Source of the DNA: Callorhinchus milii
Lineage: Eukaryota
Reading direction: 5' to 3'
DNA: 64,000 nucleotides
Assembly: GCF_018977255.1 (NCBI RefSeq)
Contig: NW_024704743.1
Coordinates: 74,526,001 to 74,590,000 of the forward strand
The notes under the pieces are model-generated. The model saw only the letters and a list, made by a program, of their open reading frames with translations, was not told the origin of the DNA and made no database searches. Made by a program: the position numbers and the translations under genes. This document shows, piece by piece, positions 10,902 through 23,100 of the stretch. Within the stretch, counting starts at the first letter, position 1; each line of letters starts with the position of its first letter.

Positions 10902-11655
10902 TCATTGTCCATTTAGCACAGGTTTTCCTGAATGCTTTTTACTGCCCTCTTCCAGGTCCATCTTAATAAGACGTTTTATCATGTTCAGGAGACCGTGTTT
11001 CATCTGGTCATGTTCCCATTCATCGCTCTGTGAGAATGATTTTCTAGTGCCCCTTTTATCGTAGGAATCTGACTTCCCAGATTTTCGGGAAGGAGAATAA
11101 CTCCTATATTCTCCTCGACCTTTATTTGGTCCATAACCTCCTCGACCACCATAGCCTCCACGGCCTCTACCTCTGTTTGAAAACTGCTGCCTGCCTCTCC
11201 ATTGCGGGGAATAAAGTGGCGGCCCTTCATTTTTCCGCAGCACTTCTCCTGCCTTCTGAAGGGGTGGGGCTTGTTTATCCATATTATTAGCCAAGGTTAT
11301 TGCTAACACTTTTACACAGCTCTCTAATGAGGCAATCTTTTTATTTGCCTGTTCTCGTTCTTCCCGAGTCTTTCGCTGTAATGTTGCTAATTCCGCTTTA
11401 AGTCTGTCGACTTCTTCTCCAGCTGTATCTTTCTCATGTTTTGCCTGTTCTAACAGTTCCTCTGTTCGTTCTTTAGTTACCCACAACGCCTGGAATAACA
11501 CAGCCTTCCGCTGTTTCCTCTGGATTTTTTTTTCTCCTCACTAAGTTGTTGATATCTGGACTCGCATTCCTCCCAAGGGCAGAAATTTGCGCTTCTTCAA
11601 ACCACGTTTCTCCTTTACTCTTTTTCTCAATATATTCTTTAACTAAATCCTCCAT
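10902..11655 (-). pseudogene. gag: ERV gag remnant (frameshift in A-run near 11525; coiled-coil then Gly/Arg-rich tail)
   Basis: First ATG ORF after the PBS. ORFs 11473-11655 and 10902-11501 join into a heptad-rich helix followed by RGRGRGGYGGRGG. Confidence 0.75.
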
Positions 11656-11875
11656 TTTTAAAATTTACCAACAAAGCCGGTCAATCAGGATAGAATCTCC
11701 AACTCTTTTCTGACTCGAAGGCTTCCCTTAACTTCACAAATAGGCCTTTTCTACTATCTCCAACAACTAACTGGGCTTCCAGACTCCCAATTTTGGTTAG
11801 TTCAAATGGTTAGTACTTAACACTGCATATTACATTCGTGATTAAAAGAGAATTATATGTTTTTTTTGTTCTCAA

Positions 11876-11893
11876 GTCCCTGTTCGGGCACCA
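11876..11893 (-). promoter_or_regulatory. Primer-binding site complementary to the tRNA-Lys(UUU) 3' end
   Basis: Minus strand TGGTGCCCGAACAGGGAC(TTGA) has one mismatch to the canonical Lys3 PBS TGGCGCCCGAACAGGGAC. Confidence 0.9.
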
Positions 11894-11896
11894 ACT

Positions 11897-12562
11897 TGTA
11901 AGTTTTCATTTCTTCACAATATAATACAAAGAGACTGACGAGCAGGATCTCAAATTGATGTTGCTACTTTATTCAATCAAAGCGACAGCTTTAAGCAGTT
12001 ATACTATATATACAACCAAGACGAGGAGTTCAGATTCCGGGCCGATCACGTCCTTCCTCCGGCAGAGATGGTGTCCGCTTAGCGGGTGTTGATTTATGTG
12101 TTAACGGATGATCTTCTTCCACAGTGTGACGGTCGGTGTCTTGCTCTCCTTCTGATGTATCAAGCTCACTACTTTGATTTCGTCATCGCATCCCTATCCC
12201 TGACCAGCTCTTGTTTTTCCAGAGACTGCTCCTGGCCAGTTCATGCTGGTTTCTTATCTTTAATTTTTAACAATTTATATTCATTCAGACCTGATCATTC
12301 AATGTTTTGCATCCCCTTAACAAAGCTCCTTGCTCATCTGGGCTCCAGGCGCCAGCTGTGTCTGGCACAATAACAAGGAATTCTTCTTTCTCAAGGCTGA
12401 ATAAGCGCAGAGACCGCAGAACAACATCTTCAAGGTCTCTCTCTCTATGTTCTTTCTCACGAATAGCAAGATTACCAGCTGCTCGAGATGAACAGGGAGT
12501 TGACTGTACTTTTTGTCAGGATACACTAAGTATGAGCACCCCTAACCAGATGCCATCTTACA
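11897..12562 (-). repeat. 5' LTR of the ERV
   Basis: On the minus strand it starts TGTAAG (12562) and ends CTTACA (11897), 3 nt before the PBS. Homologous to 5028-5710. AATAAA on the minus strand near 11970. Confidence 0.9.
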
Positions 12563-12662
12563 TCTCAAAGCATTTCACATGAGTTATCGTAAAATGCAGT
12601 GACCTTTTGCAGAAGAAAATGATGTCCGTAACAATCCAACTTTGGATATTAGACTGTTATCA

Positions 12663-13440
12663 TACAATGCAAAATTATATTTGTGTAGTGCCTTTCACGT
12701 CAGGAGGACGTCCCAAGGTGCTGGACAGTCAAGGATTTGGATCCAAGCTGGATGCCGGGATCGGGGAGGGAGGGTAGGAGGGTGGCTGAAGGCTTGGTTG
12801 ATGAGGAGGGTTTTGAGACACATCTTGAAGGAGGCAGGAGAGGGAGGGAGGCAAAGATAATGTGGGATGGAGTTCTAAAGGGTGGGGGCAGAAAGAATGA
12901 AAGCCCAACCTCCGATGGTGACGCAGGTTGGGCGGGGGACGCGGAGCAGGCCAGAGCTTGCTGAGGGAGCGGACAGCTTGATATGGGGTTAGCAGATCGC
13001 AGAGGTAGGGAGGGGCAAGGCCATTGAGGGCCTTGAAAGCGAGGATGAGGATTTTGAACTCTATCTTCTGGGGGATGGGGAGCCAGTGGAGCCAGGCGAG
13101 GGTGGGGATGATGGGATAACGGAGCCTGGTGCGGGAGAGGACACGAGCTGCAGAATTCTGGATGATCTGCAACTTTTGGAGGAAAGAGTTGGGAAGGTCG
13201 TCAAGCAGGGAGTTGGCATAGTCGAGACTAGATGTGATGAATGTGTGGATGAGGGTTTCGGTGGCCTGAGGGATGAGGCAGTGACGGAGATGGGTGATGT
13301 TGCAGAGGTGAAGGAAGGCAGAGCAGGTCATGGCACAGATGAGGAATAGAAAGGACAGTTGAGGGTCAAACAAGATGTCTCCGGACTGTCTCAGTGAAGT
13401 GGAGTGTGCATCCCTGGATGGTGATGCTGTCAGTACCTAT
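12663..13440 (-). mobile_element. L2-clade LINE 3' fragment
   Basis: [40 protein letters not shown]. Confidence 0.88.
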
Positions 13441-14259
13441 CATGATCAGCATTAGCCGAGGCCGAATAAATGGAGGTAATATTTGCCTCTGGTTGCAGCC
13501 TCAATTCACAGTACAGCAACTCTACTGCACCAGAGAGAAAAACGTATAAATAAGTATCTGGTGCGATTTTCGCCATTTATTGAAAACATTACAAAGTCTC
13601 TGTGCTCAGGAAACATTGCAATCTAACTGGCTAATTACTTTCCCAGATTTTTAGGGTTAAAAACATCTGTAATCGCAATAATAGGAGGAATATTGAGGAT
13701 AAATTACAGGTTGTGAAGAAACTCCTGTAGCAATATGATATTCACTCGGCTTTTGCTCCAGTTCTGAATGTCTTTTTGCATTACATTGCTGATACCACAT
13801 TAAATGAATGTAGATTAGACATAACTAAAATTAAAATAAGACTCACACTGTTCAGTCAGGGAACATAGCCCCAGCCCTGCTTCAGCCTGTCTAAATAGTG
13901 ACAACTACTTACGATAAATTGTCGTCTTTTCAGATCAGTCTCTGAAACAAGTAAGAATAATTATTTGTACGTACAACAACAAAATTACATTTAGAGAGCG
14001 CCTTTCACCTCGGGAGGACGTCCCAAACAGTGAACAGTCAGGTGACACTGACGTTGCCAACAACAATAACTTGCATTTATACAGCGCTCCTCACACCAGC
14101 CCTAACCCCCCCACTCACACCGGCCCTAACATACACCCCCCCCACACCAACCCTAACCGCCCACTCATACCGGCCCTAACCACCTCACCCCCCCACACCA
14201 ACCCTAACCAACCCCCCCACCCCAACACCAGCCCTATCACCCCACTCACACCAGCCCTA

Positions 14260-15420
14260 ACAACAAAATTACATTTATAGAGCGCCTTTCACGTCGGGAG
14301 GACGTCCTAAAGTGCTGAACAGTCAGAGGTCAGGACCCGAGCATGGAGGAGGGGTGGGGTAGGGGTGAGGGAAGGCAGAGAGGTGAGAGGGAGACCAGAG
14401 GTATGGTCGAAGAGAAGTGGTCTTGAGACCGGCCTTGAAGGAGGCAAGGGAGGAAACGAGGCGAAGGGACCGTGGGATAGAGTTCCAGAGTGTGGGGGCA
14501 AAGAGCCTGAAAGCCCGGCCACCGATGGTAGGGCGGGAGACATGGAGCAGACCGGAGTACGATGAACGGGGGGAGCGGGCAGGTTGGTAGGGAATCAGCA
14601 GGTCAGAGAGGTAGGAGAGGGCAAGGCCATGGATGGCCTTAAAGGTGAGGATATTGAACTCGATCCTCTGGGTGATGGGGAGCCAGTGGAGTCGGGCGAG
14701 GGTGGGAGTGATGGGGTCACTGAGTCTGGTGCGTGAGAGTACACGAGCTGCAGAGTTTTGGATGATCTGCAGCTTGTGAAGGGAACAGTTGGGAAGGCCG
14801 ATGAGGAGGGAGTTCCCGTAATCGAGCCTTGAGGTGACGAATGCGTGGGTGAGGGTTTCGGCAGCCTGAGGGGTGAGGCAGTGGCAGAGTCTGGCAATGT
14901 TGCGGAAGTGGTGGTAGGCAGTGCCGGTCATGGCGCGGATGTGGGAAACGCATGGAAACCCAATTGGAGGGGTTCATGGAGGGACTGAGAGGAAACAGCG
15001 AAGCTGGGAGGCAACGGCTCTCTCAAGGACCTTGGATAGGAAGTGGAGATTTGAGATGATGCCGGTAGCTGGATAGCTGTGATGGGTCGAGGGAAGGTTT
15101 CTTCAAGGTGGGGGTGATAGTGGCTGTTTTGAGGGGGGAAGGAACAGTGCCAGATGACAGGGAGAGGTTAATGATGACGGCGAGTAGTGGGGCAAGGAAG
15201 TGGAGCTGAGATTTAAGGAGAGGGGTGGAAATGGGGTCCAGGGAGCAGGTGGTGGACTTCATGGAGGTTACTGTGTTGAAGACAGAGGAGGGGGTGACAG
15301 GTTCAAAGGTGTGGAAGGAGGGATGGGTAATTGTCAGATGGGTAATTGTGAAGGGTGGGTGGAAGTTGGGAGGGCAGTGGCAGCTGAGCAGATTCCCTCG
15401 ATTTTGGACTCGAGGAAGTC
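14260..15420 (-). mobile_element. L2-clade LINE fragments (3' end plus an upstream RT segment)
   Basis: ORF 14323-14931 (FVTSRLDYGN, LHWLPI) and ORF 15023-15262 (LDPISTPLLK..INLSLSSG..LKKPSLDP). Confidence 0.88.
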
Positions 15421-17162
15421 CTGCATCTTCTTACGTACATAGCATCTCTTTTGTAAAAGAAATACCTCAAAGGGCTTGACAAAAGAAAATTGATTAGAAA
15501 TGAATGTGAATGTTATTGTATAAGAAAACATGACAGCGATGTCCCATAAACTATGAGATGAGCAGCAAATTAATTTAAAAGGTACAACAATGACTATATG
15601 AATCATGATTATGGGATTGAGCTGAGAAGAATGAAGGTCCTTTCCTTCATGAGGCAACCTGGCTTTTGTCTGCCGTTTTATTGCTCTCAATTCAGTGCCT
15701 CATGGTGAGGTATGGTTACACAGAATGCCACCTCTCGCCCATTAACTATTTTCCATGTTTTTCGTGTTCGAGTCTCCTCTGAGTATTGACAAGTTTTTTT
15801 TAACCCAGAAGAGCACAGCAACTAAACCAGATCATGACTGCCTGAAATTTATTACAACAGCTGGCATTTATATAGCTGGCCCTTCACGTGGGTCAGGGTA
15901 TCGTAGCACTTAACAGCAGCGAAGCTTGATGCCGAGCCGTGGGGAGGAAAGTGGCTGTAAGCATGGTTGAAGAGGAAGGTCTTCAGTTGTGATCTAAGAG
16001 GGGAAGGAGGGGGCAAGCCGGAGGGATTGGAGGAATGTTCCAAAGCTTCAGGGCGTAGTGGCTGAAAGCCCAGCCACCGATGGTGGAGTGGAGGGCCCGA
16101 GGGACACTTAGAACACTTTTACCGGGGAGGGTTGGGGAAAGTCACTGCAAAATGCTCAGAAATATGAACCCTAGCTAATTACTGTGCACCCTCACTGGCA
16201 ACAACACTGCTCCAGCTAACTGAGAACAAAATAGAGATCAATAATATCACACCATTTTCTACTGACCTCTTGAGGAAAGTTACCCTTTCTATTTGAATGA
16301 TTAGGATGGACAAAAGAGCTGAAATCAACTCACAGTCTTTATTATTGGCAGATGATGTTTTCAGCAAAGATTGGATTTGGCCATGTAACATTTCAAGGTT
16401 AGGTAAACTTCCATTAATGTTTTTTCACAATACAATGCTGCTCTGTGTTGTAAATGATACAAGTCACTACTGTATTTCTTACACTTTCTAAAAATGTGGG
16501 CATGAAGAATGAAGAAATTCCCAATTTTATAAGTCTCCTCAATTAGCTTTTTACTCATCAATACAGACACGTCAATATTGCCCACTGGAAAAGATTCCTA
16601 TTAACAAAATCTCCCTTTTCTGTAAATTTTGAGTCAGACACAAAAGATTAGTGGTAAGAAAATAACAAGCCATGTGCAGATTAAGGGAGTGGGAGAAAAT
16701 TCCACCTTAGTCTAGATTTACCCTATTTTCTCAGCATTTCAGCAGGGGCAGAATTTGGCAAATTGTTAAATGTGGCTGTAAAATATAGCCAGTTTTCTAT
16801 GTTCTCACTGCCTACAGTTTAAAACTACATTTAAAACTCTGCCATGTTAACCCTCTGAAATATTAAGAAAATAATGTAAGTCTAGACCTCGGTGGAATTT
16901 CTCTCTCCCTCCCGCCATGGATTAAGGAGCTGCTGACACTTATTCTGATGAGGTTTGTTTTCAGCTTACATCAATGTAAATGATGGCCCCCGGTGAGCTG
17001 GTAAGTGGAATTTTCTCACTTGGATATCATGAACACTTCCCCTTATACAAAGCCAGTTTCATTCAAGAATTCACTTCACATGGTCACACTTCACTATAAC
17101 TAGTCATTCAATAGCAGTCTCAATCCAGAAACATAAAGCCAATGCATATTTCTTTCTTCCTT

Positions 17163-20100
17163 TTACTTCTTCCAGTCCCAAGGAATGCAGAGGTCACCAT
17201 CCTGTAACACGGAATAGAAGTGGGAAACGCAAAGGTGCGTTCCTTGCAGTTCAGTGACATGTTCCTCAAACAGTCTTTGACAGCATTTCACCATCTGTTC
17301 ACTGGAAACACCCGACTCCTTATACAATTTGTAGAGACCGAACTTCACCGTGCAGTCCCGGATCAGCTTTTCCTCTTCCACTTTTAGTCTAGCAGGTAAA
17401 AATACAAACATTAGATTGTATTCATCTTGGCAATTTGTGAGGTAGAATACAAACATAATAATCCTTGCATTTGATATGCGCCTTATCATGTCGTTGAAAC
17501 GTATCAAAGCACTTTACAGGCCTCACTGTAAAGCGGTATGACTAGATTTTGAGGGTGAAATATCAATTCTATCCTACTAGGCTGGCCGTTATTCGCAATA
17601 TTATTTTTTTTTGGTATGGGACATGGTGAAATGATCTACTACAAGTTAATAGAAGAGCAGTTCAACTGAGTCACCTCCACTTACTTCAATGTTCCTATTT
17701 AGAATATTTCCATTTAGGACACATTTTATTTAATTATTCTTCCTCCACTTAAAATAAGCAATTTTTACCTAGGAAACAAATTACTTCAGAGACTTTAATT
17801 CCTCTCTCAATTTATAAAAATTGAGCCCATTGAAATGGACATTAAAGATCCCGAGGCACTATTCGAAAAGAGAAGCGAGTTTCTCCCAGTGTAATGCCTT
17901 GTTTCACTCCATGGCTGTTTGTGGGACACAGCTGTGCGCAACTGGGTGCCGTGTTTGACCTACAAAATATACAGTCAATCCACTTTACAGTAAATCCTGT
18001 GAAGCACTTTGAGACGTCTCAATGACGTGATAATATCAAATGCAAGGATAATTATTATTCTAAAAATAAGTTAATATGTATGCGGATGTCTCCCAAATCT
18101 ATCTTTCTGCCTTCGCCCTCAACTCCAGGATCACTGCTGTCCTGACAGACTGCCCGTAGAATATCAAGGATGAAGATGAAGGCAAATTTCCTACAGTTGA
18201 ATGTGAACAAGATGAGGCTCTCCTGATTGGCTCGCGCCAGCGCCTCAGCACCTCAGGCTCTGGCAACATCAACCTCCATGGTTGCACACTATAACTCACC
18301 GCCAGTCAGGAACCTCGGTGTCTTGTTCGACCCTCAACTGTCTTTTCTCCCCCACATTCAACCCATGACCCGCTCTGCCTTCCCTCACCTCCGTAACATC
18401 ACCCGACTCTGCCACTACCTCACCCCTCAGGCCACTGAAACTCTTGTTCATGCCTTCATCACCTCCAGGCTCGACTATGCAAATGCCCTGCTTGTCGGCC
18501 TTCCCAACTCCTCCCTCCACAGGCTGCAGATAATCCAGAACTCTGCAGCCCGTGTCCTCTCCCGCACCAAACTCCGTGACCCCATCTCCCCCACTCTCGC
18601 CCGACTCCATTGACTCCCTATCCTTCAGAGGATCCAGTTCAAAATTCTGGTCCTCACATACAAAGCCCTCCATGTCCTCGCCCCACCCTACCTCTGCAAC
18701 CTCCTAACCCCCGACCAACCCACCAGTTCCCTCCGCTCAGCCGGCTCTGGCCTGCTCCACGTCCCCCGACCCACCCGCCCCACCATTGGCGGGAGAGCCT
18801 TCAGCCAATCTCTGGAATTCCATCCCCCAATCACTCCGCCTCACCCCCTTCTTAGCCTCCTTCAAGTCCCGCCTCAAGTCCCTCCTCTTCGACCATGCCA
18901 TCGGCCACCCCTCTTCCCCTCCCCTCTCCCCCCCACCCCGACCCCAGCTTGGGTCTGAAATGCTGTACACTGTCCTCCCAACGTGAAAGGCGCTATACAA
19001 ATGTAATCTTGTTGTAGTAGTTAACAAGTAATGTGTTTTCAAACCACAAACTGATTGTCTGATTTGGTATTGGTGCCAAACCTTTTAATATATGATAAGC
19101 ATTTGTTACTTACTCCTCCTTTCTTTTCAGGTTCTTCCTGGCTTTCTCTGCATGGGTTACAATGAACCACTGGAGGACAATGGGGTCGCACTTAGTCGGG
19201 ATGCTGAACTGACCACTTTCAAGTAATTTTGGAGCAGAGCAATCACTGAAATAACAAACCAATTTACTTTCAGTTACCGTACAATCTAGAAGGCAATCAT
19301 TGAATGGAACAGAACATAATGCAAATGTAAATGCTCAAACACTATTGAAGACTTCAAAGATACATGGGTCAAAATTGTGGTACTCGTAAACTTATTTCAT
19401 CCCTTATTTAATGAACATTATTGAAATGTGTTGAAATATTCCTTGACTCCTGAATGTGAGTAATTTCCGAAGCTGGCTGAAATGTTTGGACCTGCCAGCT
19501 TGGATTCCTGAGTGGTAAGGCTGATATTTCAGCAGAAAAGGTTTTTGTCCGGTGCTGCTTCACAGGATGTTAATTTACTTCAGTAATAATCCTGTAAAAG
19601 GGAATTGAAAGCCTGAAAGACATTATATTAATAATAATCCTTGCATTTGATATGGCACTTTTGACGTCTTCTAGACGTCTCAAAGTGCTTCACAGAATAT
19701 ACTGTAAAGTGAATTGACTGTGGGTGAAACATGGCAGCCAATTGCACACAATGTCCCACAAACAGTCATGGATTGAAGTAACCATTTTTTTTTCTTGAGG
19801 GATTATTATCAGGTATGTGGAGTAAGGAAACTTGCCCAAGTTTTCACCCTGCTGGGAAGTGAACTATTTAATATTTGCAGTCTGATTTTTTAAATCATTT
19901 TTAATACTGAGGAGCAGGCAACCTCTGATGTAAAGTTTATTAGGTATAAGGTTCAATTCCCAAACAAGCTTCAAGCAAACTAAGAGAATTGATTTATTGA
20001 CATTGACTTATTGTAATGAGTGAAAGACCATAATGTGGTAATATAACTATTTCTTAACTAGTTGTTGTGAAAGTAACTTTGATTTGATGACACCAATAGA

Positions 20101-23100
20101 ATATTAGGCCTGTATTCATTGCATATGTGGAGCAAGACATAAAATATAGCAACAATTCAAACAAACATGGCTGATAGGATGGTACTGGTGGGATTCTTGC
20201 TATTTAACTGTAGTTTTGAATTTTGAATCATAGCCTTTCAATCTCCCTTTGCAGGCACCGATTTAACTAACAATATTTCTGTAAAGCAGCATACTCACTG
20301 TGCGCTAATCCAAGATTACAAGATAGCAGCTCTGAGCATCTGAGCTTTTAGCTGACTTTGGGCACTAACATTATTCAGAAAAGGGGATTTCAAAACATAC
20401 TTTAATAGTGTTTCTTAAATAAGGAAAGGAAATGTTAGGAATACGGCAATTTGACTCCATCAAACAGATTTAGAACCATAAAAATCTATCCAGTGAGGAA
20501 CAGTCTAGTCATCACAGCTTTAGTTTACAGGACTCAGGGCCTCTCTAAGTCTTCAAGTCTTAGTCATAACCAGATAGGCTAGTCATCAACAGCCTGGATA
20601 AATGGGCAAGGTATAAAATATGCCTTGTCATAAAATATGCCTGCCTGGTTATAGCCCGGCACATGTCCTTAAAGCAGGTTCACACCAGGGAGACCCAGTT
20701 TATTTATTAATCTTGAAAGGGTAAAGGACTGACAGGAAGCATAGCATGTCAAGGTCAGCTCTCAGTGGCTGGGCTGGGCAGGATGATTTGAGGATCATCC
20801 AGTAAGGAGCACATAAGAGTAAAATGGCTTTCCTCACTGGAATTAATAGATGGACAGAGACCATACACAGTTAATTATTCAGTGTTAATGCATTACTCCA
20901 CAATGTCTAAAATAACCCATCTAATGTATTAAAGGGCACATTTTACTTTAAAAGAATATTTGAAATAAATCTATTTTACAGCCATATATTTGAGTCAAGA
21001 ATAGTGTGTAGGATGGTGGTTTTGCAAAGGTAGTTAGAGAAGTTAGCTTCTAGATTAAAAACGTTCAAGATCTCAGGATTCCTCACTGTGACTTACACTT
21101 GATAGGTTCAGCAAACGAAGCTTACATTAGATTGTTAAAGAGAGAGGTACACAAGCGAAGCTTTCTGATTCCTACTGGGATGTGTTCCAAGTCAGCATGA
21201 AGCTACGTAGACTGGACAGGGTTCATCTCCACTTGCCTGGTACTAATGTACTTACAGGTGGGGCAATGGGTTAACATCTCAATTACTAAATGGAATTTGG
21301 GAATGTGAGGGGTAAAATTCCATCTTCTACCAAATATGACAGCATTCAGAACTTTAGGATAAAAACTGGTCTTAAATTAGTAAACATTTAGTTATTTGTT
21401 TTAGCTGAATATTTAATAGTGATGTCGTGAAACTATTTATTTCTCAAGTTACACTGAACCATTAAAAAAACATTTGGCTAAAATTCCTCACCTGCCAAAC
21501 CAAGCGCAGTTCTGCTAACAGCACACACCAACCCTGGCCATGGGTTAAACGATTTGGAATATAAATGTAATATTCCAATCAAAGAGCAGAACTCACAGTA
21601 AGGTTCAGAAATGTCCTGAACCAAAGCTAATATGTCACATCAGGAATTACATTTACAGGAGCATTGCTAAGGTTGTTCCCAGCAATTGTGGGTGGTAGTT
21701 AGTCACAGAAAGGACAGAACAATATGAATAATAATGCTTGCATTTGATATAGCGCCTGATCATGTCATTCAGACGTCTCAAAGCTCGAGTTGCAGCAGTC
21801 AATTTGCTGGTGGAGGAAGGGCTGCAATAGCACCAGCCAGAATACATAACAGACAGGGACAGGGAAAGAAGGCTGCTTGCCAGGGCTCTGGAGGGACTAT
21901 ATCATCAGAGTCAGGTTTTCTGCCAAAGGGCAAATGATATTGATTTCACAGGTGATCGATGAACGAGATGTTTCCAAGAAAATCATTATTGATCTTTATG
22001 ACCTCTTTCTGGATGTTCAGATGTAAATTCTTTCCAGATGTCATTCGCCCACTTCTCTGACTTGATTCAATATCAGATCAGAGAAGTCAAAGGCCAACCA
22101 AAATTATTTTGATGAAGGGAGGGACGTTGAGTGAAACTAGTAATGGAGAAAGACACTGATTGAGAGAATGAAAATAGAAAATGAGATGAACATTGCAGGG
22201 AATATAAAACACAATAAGAAAGTTTTTTTTAATCAATATACCTACAGCAAACAGATGGATAAAGAAACAGAAAGACCCAAAGGGGATAGGATACTGAATA
22301 GTCAAAAGGATGGCAATTTTGTTTTTGCTTAGTCAGATGTCTGACATATGCAGAAACCCATCACCATGCTTAAGAGTATCCAAACCAAACAGTGTTCCAA
22401 GCAAATATATTGAATAATGTATTTGTATAATAATAATTATCCTTGCATTTTGATACAGCATATCGAAACCTCTCAAAATCGGTTTCACTGTAAAGTGGCA
22501 CAACTGTATTTATAGACAAACCAGCAGCTAATCTACGCTCACCAAAGTGCCAGAGCCATGAATGAGTCACTAATTTTATCTGAAAGATTTTCGGCTGGGG
22601 CACCAGGAGACACTCCCTTCTCTTTTCAAACAGTGCCATGGAATCTTTTACGTCCACTGAACAGATAGATAGGACCTCAGTTTGACTAACATCTCATCTG
22701 AAGGATGATGGGAATATAATGCAATGCTTCCCCAGCACTGCACTGGTATGTCAGGATAAGACTATGAACTGAAAGACTTGACGTGAGGTTTGATCCCACA
22801 ATGATCTGACTCAGAGGCGAAGTGCTACTAAATGAGCCGGGCTGACATCTCTGTATCATGGAGGAAATCCCCAAATGCATTCCTAAAGCAGAAGTGGAAT
22901 TTTCTGTATAAGATGAGAAGATTCTAAGAATGATAGATATTTCCTTCAAATAAAGAGAGGGACAGGCTAAGATTTGAAGGTGGACCAGGCAACAGATCAA
23001 AACTGATTGTACAAATGGGTGCTTAAGGAAGACTATGGGAACTCTCTCCTCGCCGGCCTTCCCGGCACCTCCCTCCACAAGCTGCAGGTCATTCAGAACT

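Larger units (their letters stand above)
5028..12562 (-). mobile_element. Decayed endogenous retrovirus (spuma-/loki-related type), LTR-gag-pro-pol-env-LTR
   Basis: Paired ~670-bp LTRs, PBS, PPT, and ordered remnants of gag, protease (FLVDTG), RT (PQGFHNSP, YVDG), two RNase H domains, integrase (HHCC, FDMFSRW) and env with a TM helix. Many stops and frameshifts. Confidence 0.92.

Noticed and set aside
7108..11655. Ty3/Gypsy retrotransposon, or a functional/domesticated retroviral gene
   Set aside because: The second RNase H, env remnant and RT motifs point to a retrovirus. Stops, frameshifts, YVDD->YVDG, deletions and a SINE insertion exclude intact coding function.
14085..14260. Interstitial telomeric repeat
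   Set aside because: Only scattered CCCTAAC motifs within longer degenerate units, not a (CCCTAA)n array.
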